A DNA stretch of 64,000 nucleotides from Callorhinchus milii (taxonomy: Eukaryota). The translations under genes were made by a program, and so were the position numbers. Location of the stretch: assembly GCF_018977255.1 (NCBI RefSeq), contig NW_024704752.1, positions 18,848,001-18,912,000 of the forward strand. The letters are read 5' to 3'. Below the pieces are notes generated by a model, which saw only the letters and a list, made by a program, of their open reading frames with translations, ran no database searches and was not told the origin of the DNA. Shown here piece by piece: positions 50,895-63,584 of the stretch (its first letter is position 1; each line of letters opens with the position of its first letter).

Positions 50895-53800
50895 ATGCCG
50901 TCAACAGTTGAACGCAGAGAGGGCAGCAGACAACGTATTCAGAATCAGCTTGAGACTGATGGCATGCAAGTTGATGAAGCGTGGCATAATGTGACCAATG
51001 TGGAGGTTGAAGAAAGCAGAGAACTTTTGAAGGATTATGACAATAGATTGCCCCAATCTGACCATAGAGGACATGGTGGCATTAAGGGGGAGTTGAACAA
51101 TATTCTGTTGCTTCTATTCCTCTATGTCTTACAGGGAATACCACTTGGTCTGGCTGGAAGCATCCCACTTATCCTGCAAAGCAAGAACGTCAGTTACGCA
51201 GATCAAGCTTTTTTCAGCTTTGTCTTCTGGCCTTTTAGTTTGAAACTGCTATGGGCTCCCTTAGTGGATGCTGTTTATTTGCCAAGCTTCGGACGGAGAA
51301 AATCTTGGCTAGTGCCTACTCAGTATCTTCTAGGGCTCTTTATGCTTTATCTATCACTTCAAGTGGAATCATTATTAAAAAGCGATGAGCACACCAGCCC
51401 TGACATTGTCACAATTACAGCTGTGTTTTTTCTGTTTGAGTTCCTGGCTGCTACTCAGGATATAGCGGTGGATGGCTGGGCATTGACTATGTTGTCCAGA
51501 GAGAACGTAGGATATGCCTCCACTTGCAATTCAGTTGGACAGACAGCAGGCTACTTTCTGGGTAATGTGCTCTTCTTAGCACTGGAATCAGCGAACTTCT
51601 GCAACAAATATTTACGTTCTCAGCCTCAACCCACCGGAATTGTCACTCTCTCGGGTACAGTGCCAAAGTAAATTTACGTCAGTTGTATTTTAACAGTATC
51701 AGTTAATTTTGCTGCAATAGTTGCTACTCGTTGAATGCACATGCATGATTTTCCGTTGGAAAGCTTTATTTGTGACTGCAGTTAACATTTACTTCAAGGA
51801 ATTCAAGGAGTTCCTTCTTAAGATGATCCTTTATGAAAGAGTTTGGGATTATAATATGCCATACAGTAAGCTTCACCTGTTAACTATTCAATCAAGGGAA
51901 GAGAATAATGAGGTGTTTCTCTGCAGGATCTTGGAATGTATGTAGAAGTTGGATGTATTTGGGAGGGGGACCATGCAGTGAAATTCCTCATTTAATGGAA
52001 AATAAAATGATCATGACTGTCCATATTGTAAGACGCAACTAGTGTGGCAATATTATGAATTATTTTCAAAAAAAATCAAGTAAAATACACAAGTATTTCA
52101 TGCTCGTAATTAATCAATGCCAGATCTTTCACTAATGTATTGCTTTTTCATACTTTAGATTTTCTGTTTTTCTGGGGAATAATATTCTTAGTGGTCACGA
52201 CTTTGGTCGCAGTATTTAAAAAGGAACGTGCGGGAGAAGCGCAGGATGAAGTACATCAAGGAATCCAAGAAACCTACAAATCGCTGCTCTGTATAATCAA
52301 GCTGCCTGCTGTCCTCACTTTCTGCATTATGCTTCTAACATCCAAAGTAAGCCGATGAACTCAAGCAAGTTTGAACAAACTTGTAGCTGCTGACTTTTTA
52401 ATACAGGTGCAAATATAATAACTGAGCGTTAAAAAAAATAGTTTTTGCATTGTGGCTTCCTTGCTTTCCAATTTTTGGTTATTGGTTTGGTGCTACATTG
52501 TTAAGAATACAACATCTCAGAAGATTAGGAATGAGTTGAAAAACTGCAAGCTCTTGAGTTTTGTATTTTACGTACATATTGCCTTTTCAAAGTTTTGAGG
52601 AGAATTGCTTTTCGGGTTCAGATTTAAAATCTCAGGGCTTTGGAGTTTTATGAATTCAAATTATTTTGGAAAACAAATCTGATAAAGCTATTGTCAGCTA
52701 TTCAAAGGTCAGTCAGAAAAAATGTTTATCCTGCAATCTGTGAAATTGCTACGTACTTGTTTTGATAACATTTGGTTAGCAAACAGCAAAATTATATTGC
52801 TTCCATAACAAAGTGTATTACATGGGGAAAAACACTCAGCACTTTTCCATGAGTTTTTCAATCGTCCTTGAATGAAGTCCATTTTATGCAGAAGAGCAAT
52901 AGTTGCAGCAAAACGCAAAATGCTACAGATGCTGGAAATCTGAAACAAAAACAGAAGTCGCTGGGAACGCTCAGCAGGTCAGGCAGCATCTATGGAACAA
53001 TAGTTGCTGTATTGAATTCTTTGATGGCCTTGTAATCAACCTGATATATTGTATATTTCAGATTGGATTTTCAGCTGCTGACGCAGTCACTGGATTGAAG
53101 TTGGTCGAATTGGGTGTACCAAAAGAGCAACTGGCTCTCCTCGCTGTGCCCATGGTTCCTCTGCAAATAATGCTCCCTTTTGTGATAAGCAGATATACAG
53201 CTGGCCCACGCCCATTGGATGTTTTCTACAGTGCTATGCCATACAGGTAACTGGAAACCATCATTGTATAAAGCTAAAATAAAAAGGCAGAATAAGGAGA
53301 AAATAGAAAAGAAAGATGACCAGGCAAGAATTAATTGAGCTTTTAAATGTTTATTTTTTAAATATTTTCAGTTGGATAGAGTTAATGTTACACTAATAAA
53401 GTTACTCTAATGTTAGAGTAACTGTTTGAGGTAATGGGTGGGGGGTGTGAGAGGAGGGGCACAAACATTAGAATTTGTGCCAAGAATAGACAGAAATGGT
53501 CAACATACAGGAATCAGAAGTTGAGGGCAATCTAAGGATTAAACAATTTTTATGGACTTCATCAGATTACTAGGATTACTTATTTTACCTGTAATACTCT
53601 TTATTAAAACACAAATGATTGTTGTCCCTTTCCCAGGTTGCTGATGGGCCTGGTGTTTGCTGTGCTGGTTTGGTGGACCTCCATTGTGAAGCAGGGGACA
53701 GAGTTTCCAGCTTATTATTACGCAGTTTTGCTGTTTAGTTATGCATTACACCAGGTGAGTTAGTCCATCTCAGCCAAGGCTGCAGTTGGATGCAATTCAA

Positions 53801-54777
53801 TTGGCTTAATCACTTCCTGGGTTAGGGATTGATCGCCTGTGATGCCAAAATGCCACGTTCTTTTGTCGATGACTGACGTGGCCCACAAAGAGAAATACTG
53901 CCTTTCCTGTTTTTCACCCCACTGATTGCATGAATCATGTTGAAGCCTTCCTCAGTGTTAACTAATTCAATGCCTGATCTGTAACGGGAGAGGAGGCAAA
54001 GTATTCTTTTTGCTGGTGTTTGGGATGTAGGTCAATGAAGTTTATAATTTGGGATTAAAGGGGCGACGAAAGTGAATCTTGCAAATACAGTGGGAAGGAG
54101 TTCTATTGAAGACTGTTGTACTCCAAATTAAGTTCTGGTTTTAATCAGTAAATTCATCACTACAGTTTTGGTGCATGGTTTAAAATTCAGTGCTGCATAA
54201 ACTAGCAGCATGTGCTCGCTCTGCTTTATTTAAACTTCTTGAATATTTTGTCCTATTAGGTAACACTGTACAGCATGTATGTTGCAACCATGGCATTCAA
54301 TGCCAAAATCAGTGATCCTTCAATTGGAGGAACGTATATGACTCTTTTGAACACAGTTTCCAATCTGGGTGGCAATTGGCCAGCAACAGTCGCTCTCTGG
54401 TTGGTTGACCCGCTTACAGTCAAGGAGTGTACAGGTGCACAGGAACAAAGCTGTGGATCGGTCATAGAATCTGAAGTGAGTGATCCTTTATATATAAATC
54501 ACTAAAATAAATGGTTCCTTTCTCCAACAATTTTATGAGCAAATCATTCTGCTGTTGTGGTAACACGGCTACTTTTCCAATTAACGTTTATTTTTTTGCT
54601 CCCGCACAGCTTTGTATAAAGGCTGGTGGCTCCTGTTTGACCACACTGGATGGCTATTATTTGGAATCGATATTCTGCATTTTAATCGGGTTCATGTGGT
54701 GGCTCTTTTGTGGAAACAAATTGAAAAAACTGCAGGACAATGGCCGTTCTACGTGGCAGTGCAAGCGGAATAATTAA
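50895..54777 (+). CDS. SLC33A1: Acetyl-CoA transporter 1 (AT-1), 544 aa
   Basis: Coding exons 50895-51654, 52159-52346, 53062-53246, 53637-53754, 54260-54475, 54610-54777; total 1635 nt. Motifs LLFLYVLQGIPLGLAGSIP, FGRRKSWLVPTQY, ATQDIAVDGWALTML, GGTYMTLLNTVSNLGG and C-terminal WQCKRNN. Confidence 0.97.
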
Positions 54778-57321
54778 GGTCGCCACCATCAGAATGTTGG
54801 ATATATAATCAATTCAACATTTTTGTTTTCAAGGGAATGACATTTGTTCAGTTTTAGTTTACTTAATATGTTTGTAGAAACTCTATGATAGCGACGTGAT
54901 TGCATTTGCAGAAAAGTTGATTGAAGGCATTTTTTGTTTTATCAATACAGTTTTGATGTTTCAATTGAGTTTAAACCAAGTATGTTTCTGAGGGCACATG
55001 CAATGTGGTTGTGTATCTGAACTGCTTCTGGTATCACACAGTTACAAATCGCTTTATTTTCATATTGCCTTATTTTAATACTTCCCTGTAATCAAGACAA
55101 CTGTTAGCTTTGATCATAGCTTTGTTTTTCATTTCATTTAAGTAAATGTCAAGACACTTGTAACATTTATGAACTGTATAATTTCGTAGAAATTGTGATG
55201 TAAAGAAGTGTTTCTTCATTGACAACGTTAACCTGCAGTTTTGCACTGCTAGACTATAGGGTTTGCTTTTTCACGCGTTAAATTAATAGAACCTATAGTT
55301 TTGTGGTGCTCTGTGAAACAGTACTATGGTATACAGACCCTTTTGAGAGTCAGATTATTAGAATATTGTCTTGAGGAATACAGAAGATGGTAAAACCATT
55401 GTAAACCAAACTCTTAGAAATCTGCACTACTGCTATCTCTGTAACCAATAAGACTTATCATTTCTGTAGAGAAACATTTAGCCAGTATTTGACTGCAGCC
55501 ATGCTCAATACTAGTATTTCAACAAGGGTTGCACTTAATCCATCATGTACTTCAAAAGGCAAAATACTAACCTGAACGTTCTCAGCGACTTCTGTTTTTG
55601 TGCTTCAAAAGGTTGCAGTCTTCATGAATACAGTTTATACTTCGACCAAAAGATGAATGTCATTTTGTGCATTAAGATATGTTGGTGTCCATCCAATATC
55701 ATCAATGTGGATTTTTTTGTTAAACCAATGGTGTCAGCAAAATACATTGGTCTTGGAAAACACCAACATGGTTGTTTACTTGAAGTTAATACAGAGTAAG
55801 ATGGACCAGATATTGACTGCAAACCTTTATGGTTATAGCTACTGCTCCTACAGGTAGGTTTATAGAAGTGGCCATAAGAGAAGCAATCTCTCATCGCTTC
55901 TGTAAGACTGGGGGCAGCCTGTACAGCCATCAAATGCAGTGAATAATGTTATGCGCTTCTATAGCAAGGGCCAAAGTTCTTCATGTTGTGAATTGCCCAA
56001 CAAAATATCTGATCAATGAGTTGAAATGCTCAACATGAACATTTCACATTGGTTATAAGGTTTGGATTTGATTTCAAAACATTTGGAGTTTTGCAATTTA
56101 CAGTATAAAGAGAGACAAATTTGCAGGGTGGATTGACTCTAACATCACCATTTTGACAAGGTGACAAAATACAATTTGCTTATATCAGGAGATCAGGTTT
56201 ATACAGAGTATGAAATCTTTTAGTATTGACATTCATTCTAGTTTTTTTTTAAATTTAATTTGAAATCTACACATTCACAAATCTATGTTACTGGACTGAA
56301 ATTTAAACAAGTGGACTTGTACGTTTCAGTGCAAACATACCTAATATTTTTGATTGTAGATCTAATTTAATAGCTTTCAAGTTCCATTAGATTGGAATTC
56401 AGCAGATACTGTAAAAGTTCATTTGATGCTAGAAAAAATGCTGAATGACTTCTAAGATATAAATGTAGGAGAAAGGTTTCAGTTAAAAGATTCTCTATTC
56501 TTCCACCCCTGAAAATATACTTAGCAAAACAAGTCAAAAATCTTCTACTTTGTAGAAAAACTTAGGTACAGGAATACAGATGTGTTCCTGTAGCATTGTG
56601 TGGCTTCATGCTCCTCTGATTTAAGCAAGTTTTAGCTCCCTAACTTGTTTTCTGGTAAACGTCTGAAAAGAGAGGAATCTTGGAAATGGGAAATTCTCAA
56701 CATTTTTGAACAATAAAATATAAGCACACTTCAAAATAACTAGCTGCTCAGATTGCTGTGCCCTAACTGATTATATGTACAAATGTTTGCCTTTGAATAA
56801 GTGTGTGTGTCCACACTGCACCATGTTTATTTTTGTTTCCAACACACTGAGTAATAATCCTTGCATCTGATATAGCAACGTATCAAGTCTTCGAGACATC
56901 TCAAAGCGCTTCACAGAATATACTGAAAAGTGAATTGACTGTAAATTTGTGGACGAAACGCGGCAGCCAATTGCCCACCGCAGCGTCTCGCAAACAGTCG
57001 TGGACTGAGTGACTAAATTATTATTGGGTTTTTTGTTTAAGGATTATCATCTCCAGAAAAGCTATTCACCAACCAAATGTTGCTTTTGAATTGTGACATT
57101 TTTATTTAGTCTGTAAATATGTCTGTAAAGTACTTGAGAATATGATTTGTCTTTTCTGCAAAAAAAATGTGTGTTCGGCATTGAGGCACCTATTACAGTT
57201 CTGAAATCAATTGTATGAAATTATTATGAACTTTATAATCAATCTAATCAACGGATCGTGTTTGTGGAAGTACTTTTATTTCACTTTGTGATTTTTATCT
57301 TGTGTAGACGATCCTCGGCAT

Positions 57322-57627
57322 ACAACACACACACACGAACATATACAGATACACATATACATAGAGACACGTACACACACACACATACGTATAGACACAC
57401 ACAAACGTACATACATATACCCATTCACACATACATAGACATACATATATACACAAGCACATACATACACACATACATGTACACACAGACACACACACAC
57501 ACACAGAGACACAGACAGACACACAGATAGACAGAGACACAGATAGACACACACACTGACACACACACACAGAGACACAGACAGACACACAGATAGACAG
57601 AGACACAGAGATAGACACACACACACA
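57322..57627. repeat. Compound (CA)/(CAGA)/(CATA) microsatellite
   Basis: About 300 bp imperfect CA-rich tract directly upstream of the C3orf33 promoter. Confidence 0.9.
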
Positions 57628-57634
57628 GGGATGA

Positions 57635-58040
57635 CACTGGCCCCGCCCCCTCCTCCCTCCCCCCGCGGGGGGGGTGGGGCGGTGACGGTGACGTATCCGC
57701 GCAGGCGCAGTGACAGCCCGAGCGCCGACGATGTCCGAGGGGAGGGAGCGGCGCGCGCAGCCCCCGGCGGCTGGCGGTGTCGAGGCGGCCGCGGGCTTTT
57801 TGGACCGACATCTCCTCGCGCTCCGGGTCAGAGAGAGAGTGGGGGCCGGGAGCGGGGGGGGGGGGGGGAGTGGGGGCTCTCACCCTGTCCCTGTCCCTGT
57901 CAGCCCGGCCGCCGGGGCGACGGTGATACCGTAGGAGGGGGCGGGGTTTCGGGGGGCGTGGCCACAGTGGAGGGCGTTGACGTCGTGAGGGGGCGTGGCC
58001 GCAGTCAGGGGGCGGAGTCACATGGGGGCGGGGTCACAGC
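57635..58040 (+). promoter_or_regulatory. CpG island / C3orf33 promoter and exon 1
   Basis: GC boxes CCCCGCCCCC at 57641 and GGGGCGG at ~57677, CRE-like GTGACGT at ~57688, NRF1-like GCGCAGGCGCA at 57699-57709. Confidence 0.7.
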
Positions 58041-58076
58041 CTCAGGGCATCTATTTGTGCACATGTTTGTTTTTCG

Positions 58077-58112
<36 letters not shown>

Positions 58113-61100
58113 GTCCTGGCGTCACAAAGCGCCTCACAGGACACACCGTAAAGTGTAGTGACTGTGTGTTATGCGGATGAACCGCGGCGGCCATCGCTTT
58201 CCCCGGGGGTAATAATCCCTTAATAATAACATTGATAATACTACTAATAATAATAATAATGTGGTCACTTCGAATCCGCGGCTGTTTGTGGGGACGTCGT
58301 CGCCGGGCGCAATCGGCTGCTGCGTTTCGCCCGCAAATCGCACAGTCACTACACTTTACGCTGTGTCCCGCGAAGCGCTTTGTGACGTCTCGAAGACGTG
58401 ATCCGGCGCCGGGTCAAACGCCAGGAATATTATTACCAGCGGGGAGTCGGCATCAGCGGGTGTTGGCCAGCCGGCGGTGTTGGTGTTGGGGGGGGGGGGG
58501 GGGGGGTGTTGGGGGGGGGGGGGGGGTAACTGAGGAGGTGAGACATCTTGTGGGGTGACCTTGTGGTTGGTTTGTGTTTTGCAGATCCTCAGCCCAGCGT
58601 TGGCGGGGGCTGGAATCCTGATCTTAGCGCGAAGCGTTAGACTTGTAAGACATCTTTAGGGCGACCATATCTTGTAAACCACATTTCTGTTTTGTTTTGT
58701 TGCTTCCAGATCATGACTCTCTAACCCCAATGAATTTTCAAATTGTGGGTTGTGCTTCTATTGAAACCGCGACAGTATTTACCCCCTCCTCCACCAAAAC
58801 GGCAGAAGACGTGCATTTGAATCATTACTGCGAGCAGTTTTACAAAGCTTTATTGTATTTGGGGATCTACCTGATGGCATTTTTCATTGCGATTCCTTAT
58901 TGAGTCAATCCAAACTTTACTGATAAACGGGGACTTCTCCAGTGATCAGAAATATGGACAATGGCATTAAGGTTCATCAGACTGTGATCCCAGTTCGGGT
59001 CCAAAACCCCTGATTGTCCAGCGTTCTGGGACATCTTTCCGACATGAATACACGCGCTATACAAGTGTAATTTGTTGTCGTTGTCGACTGTTTGTGAAAA
59101 CTTAAGTAAAGTGGCTCTGGTGGATTGAGTCTTCACTCTTCTGTTTGCCAGTTTAAAAGCTTGTATAAAATGTATCTTGCAAGATCTTTATTCGTAGTGG
59201 TTGAACAGAGATTTATGAATATTTTTGAAATGCTAACCTTCTATTCAGAATATCTTTGATTACAAAATACTGATATAAATGTTGAATGATCAATCATGAA
59301 TTTCTTTTCATCGTCACAGAGTACTAAATTTAGTACTGTTTTAGACGTACCAGACACCTTCATACAAAAACAAGTTCAACTTCGAGGTAAAGTGCATCGT
59401 ATAACGGAAAAGGGACTGGAAGTAGAACATGTTCCCATTGCTCTTCCCTTTATTTCATCTTTACAAAGAAAATGTAAGTAACCGAGTTGAAAACGCAATT
59501 TTCCAAAAAAACAATGAATAATCATACTGGTATGTGAACTGAAGACATAGCTCAGAAAACAGGAAGCTTAGCTCAATTAAATTATTCCGATGGGTCAGAT
59601 AGGAAGTTCTGCACCATTTATATTCAACTTCTGAAGGTTTGAGATGCACATTTACATGCTTCTGACATCATTGTGGCACTTATTCAACAATGTCTCCATG
59701 TATTTACAAGTAGCATCTTTATCCTGTGCCTTGACTGTCCCCTCTGGAGGTGGAATTTGTCGATGCACTCGCTCTATGCATTGATATGCAATTTGAATGA
59801 TATTCCACAATATATTCTATATCGAGCTTCCTTGGGCAGTAAACTTAACAGGTCTAATCAGACTGTCAGCTTTCCTCACCTAAATTCAACGACAAATGTC
59901 TTAAGGTAAGTGGAAGGAAAAAAATGAGAAGCTATTTCCTTGTTATAAGCATTGCTGCACGTACAGAGTCCTTAAAGGAAACGTAAGAGTCTCTTATTAT
60001 GCTACCTAGCTACATACTGTGTGCAGTTTAAGTGGTTCCCATGGTCAGTAAATGACCTGCTATTCAAGTACAGTGATGAATTACTTGTGCTACTGCTGCC
60101 CATCTGCCGTGACCACTGGAGAGCAGCAGAGGGTTTAATCATGATGCCATGATGCTGTTAAAGGAGCTTGGGATATTTCCAATTGAGTCCTAACCTGAGT
60201 TTAACACTGTGCTATAGATCTATATTCCAGAAGAATGGCCCTGAGGTAATGAAGCAAAAAAAGAAGGTGCGCACCATAAGATAGCAAACACTAATTAATC
60301 GGGAAACAATGCTTTACATTTTCTGCACAACTGGTAAGACACGTTCTTCTGCTTTTCAAGTCAGTACTAGATGAGATCTGTGTTGTCAAATAATAGAAAT
60401 CATTCCAGCCTAGTCATACATGTGAAAGGAAACACTATTAAAGATTGTACCGCAAAATGTGGGGGAGCAACCCTCAGAAACTGTGGCCCATGAACAAATA
60501 TGATGATGATCTTGCTCAATTTTATGCTTTTTATTCTTGTCTTTAATAAATTGTGGTACCCTGCACGTTATGTAGAGGAATTGATCAGATTTTAGAAACA
60601 ATGGGCAGAGATGATTGAGAGGTCTGCCACTGGTCGGTCAACTGAAACGATTGTCATTTTTAATAATTGCAGACAAAATTGCAGAAAAATGGCATTTCCT
60701 CCAGTATTTCCACTCCCAGAACCAGTTTTGGCTGTTCCAAAGATCATTTAAGTACCGAAAACCTAACAGGAATAAACACAGGGATTTCCGCACAACGTCT
60801 CAAAATGCTGCTCGTGACAACTTGAAACTGTTAAATAATGCTTACCTCATTAAGGCGTAATGAGTACTGTGTACTGGTACGCAAAGAAAGCTCTGTTTAG
60901 GGAAATGTTATTAATGTCTGTATTTGAAGGGTATTTGGTATGCAGTGTAAATGACATATCTTGCCAGTCTGCTACAGAGCACTCATTAGGATTGGTATAT
61001 GCTCAATTTGATTTTAAAAATGCAACCTTCGTTTGTGTATGTATGTGAGATTAAAAAATAAACACAGCTGTGTATGTCTAAATACCTTTGCAATCTGTCA

Positions 61101-63052
61101 CTCTTGCTGATCACACATGTAATTCTCAACACTTGTCTGACATTGACAGCCTAGAATAGAACGGTGATCTATGATAAGTAGTCATTTGGGAATCAAAGCA
61201 TGACGTCTTGTGTCTTCAGTGGCAACACTTTGGGGTAATAATTACCGGTTCACTTATACCTGATACTGTTTGACTTTTGTCCAACTGGACAGTGAGTATC
61301 TTTGCTGTTACACATGGGTTGCAATCTTTTTTGGTTTCTTTGTAGTTTTTTTTATTTTGAAGGAATGCATTGCCATTCAGTCATGATCAAAAATGTCTTG
61401 ACTCAGCCGTCAGTTGTCAAAGCTCAATCTCTTACCAATTATTTTCACATTCTGCATTACTGGCATTGCTGCTGTGCTAAGCACTCCGAGACGTTACCCC
61501 ACGTGAGGGGCGCTCTATAAATGCAAGTTGTTGTTCTCTGATTGATTTCTGCCATCAAAAAATATTAAACTAAAATTAAATTCCCTTTCTATTAATAAAT
61601 TATAACTACCAGCTCGTTTATTTTTCAATAATTTCACCTCTCCCTGTTCATCATAGATTGAAATAATCATAATTGATGTTCCCATGCTGTGAGTTGGAAG
61701 ATTTTTTTCTTCTTCCCCTTGAAAAAGCAAATGGTTATGTACAGACTAGCTTTCAATATAAGTTCCCTTTCCTATAAATGAGATTCATCTATAAATTGTT
61801 TCCTCCAGGGCACAGCATTATGGTTGCCTTTATTGGAAAAAAGAGACTCAACTCCCAGACCATCTCTCACATGAAGTAGTTTTACCACCTGGCTTCATTG
61901 AACCTGCTGTTGAAATGAATAGCTAAAAGGAAAGACTAATCTTCGAAGGGAAATCTCCCTGCCTCAGACATTTTATCCTGTAAATGCTCCATTCAGAAAG
62001 ACTTCATTATAACGGAGGAATAGATTGCCCGAGGGTGCATGAATAGGTGTTCCTTGATGTTCAATGTATCATATGACAAGTTCTATATTCAGTATTACAT
62101 TTGGTCTGTGAATATTTTCAATAAGATGGGCACGGAAATTAACATTGTTTCCTGTGTAAGTGCTTTTAGCACACGGGTTTGTCGGTAAGCCTTAAGGGAA
62201 TTGTTCTCTGGTTCTCCATGTTGGATAGGCTACCTATCGGCTATGACACCTCAAGCATAGCTTCATTTATTTCATCCCACGATTATTAAAGAAACGTTTG
62301 TATTTTCCTCAGGGCAATCAAGTGGTCTGTTGATGATCAGAATGGCTGGATTGCAAATGACTGACGAAGCTAGAATCTGGTTACAAGAACAAATAAAACC
62401 TTCTAACATAGTTTGGTTTCAACTTCTTGGAAGGGAAGATTCAATTATTGATTGTATTGTTAGAAAAAATAAGGTAAGTCCTGTTTCACCGCAATAGATC
62501 TGTTCTCTACCACTGCTCTATGTCCTGTGGATGTTACCTTTCAATAACTATTTTTGTCCCGTGGACAAAAACACTTTTCTGTGTGACATATTTTATAAAA
62601 CTATGTTATCCTACAATTTTTGGGGGTGTGTGTAGAGTTAGGAGGAGCTGTATCTAATCCCAGTGGATTTGAAAATTAAGTTATTTTGTAAAACACTCGA
62701 GTTCATTTGGTTTGAGGCATGAAAGCGTATTGAATTTTTTTAAATTCACTATTTTTTTCTCTCCCGCTCGTAGGGTAGGTTTTTCACTATCTGTCTAAAC
62801 GAAGAGATTCTCAGACAAGGTCTTGGACGGACTGTTGCTATCAAGGGCCTAGATTCCAACTCGAAACTATACTGGAAATTGCAAACAAAACTCATCAAAG
62901 CAGAACTGAAAGCACAGACAAAAGGCAGAGGTATCTGGAAAGAACCCACTCTAACGGAAAGAATCACCCACAATATACAACATCAGCGGGACACAATTTT
63001 CCAGAATTTAAAAAATCTGACTTCATGGATTAAGGGTTTTGGTAAACAATGA
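57731..63052 (+). CDS. C3orf33: C3orf33 orthologue (single TM segment plus staphylococcal-nuclease-like fold), 249 aa
   Basis: Exons 57731-57826, 58585-58644, 59320-59473, 62313-62473, 62774-63052; total 750 nt. DRHLLALR, AGILILARSVRL, LRGKVHRITEKGLEVEHVPI, WFQLLGRE, LNEEILRQGLG and LIKAELKA...GIWKE match recalled human C3orf33, which also neighbours SLC33A1. AATAAA at 63340-63345. Confidence 0.9.
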
Positions 63053-63584
63053 GTTGACAACATTGATCCTCAGAATGTTGGTGTAATACAGCTTTAAGTG
63101 AACTGTCAGCTCACTCGGCAAAAGATGACTGATAACTGCTATATCGTATCCTTAAAACAAAAACATATTTCTAGCTGTGACTGACGTGTGGAGCAAATCA
63201 ACATTTCTAGAATGAAGCTTCTTGAAAGCCTGTATTGTATTTTTTTAAACAAAAGTCTCAGACCTGTATTGTAAAGTCAGCTTGTAAATTCACATTGGAC
63301 TCTGTAATTGTTACACATTGTTCTGAAGTAAAACAAGTCAATAAACAGTTCATGTTACTTTCCAGTTAATGTAACACGTGCATGATGTTAAATGCAGATC
63401 AGTCTAATAGATCGCACTTTATTCTTTGGTTTGGTCTTAAAGTTACAGAATGTTTTTTAAGGTAATGTTTCATGTTGTTTTACTAACCCAGCTGCTCTGC
63501 CTTTCATGGTGTAATCTCTGAATCTTACCCACATAAAACAAATTATTATTATCTCAAATATGGTGGTTTGGGCTGCTGCTGATA

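Noticed and set aside
57258-58080. CV/HT-repeat and Gly/Arg-rich ORFs
   Set aside because: Translation of the microsatellite and CpG island.
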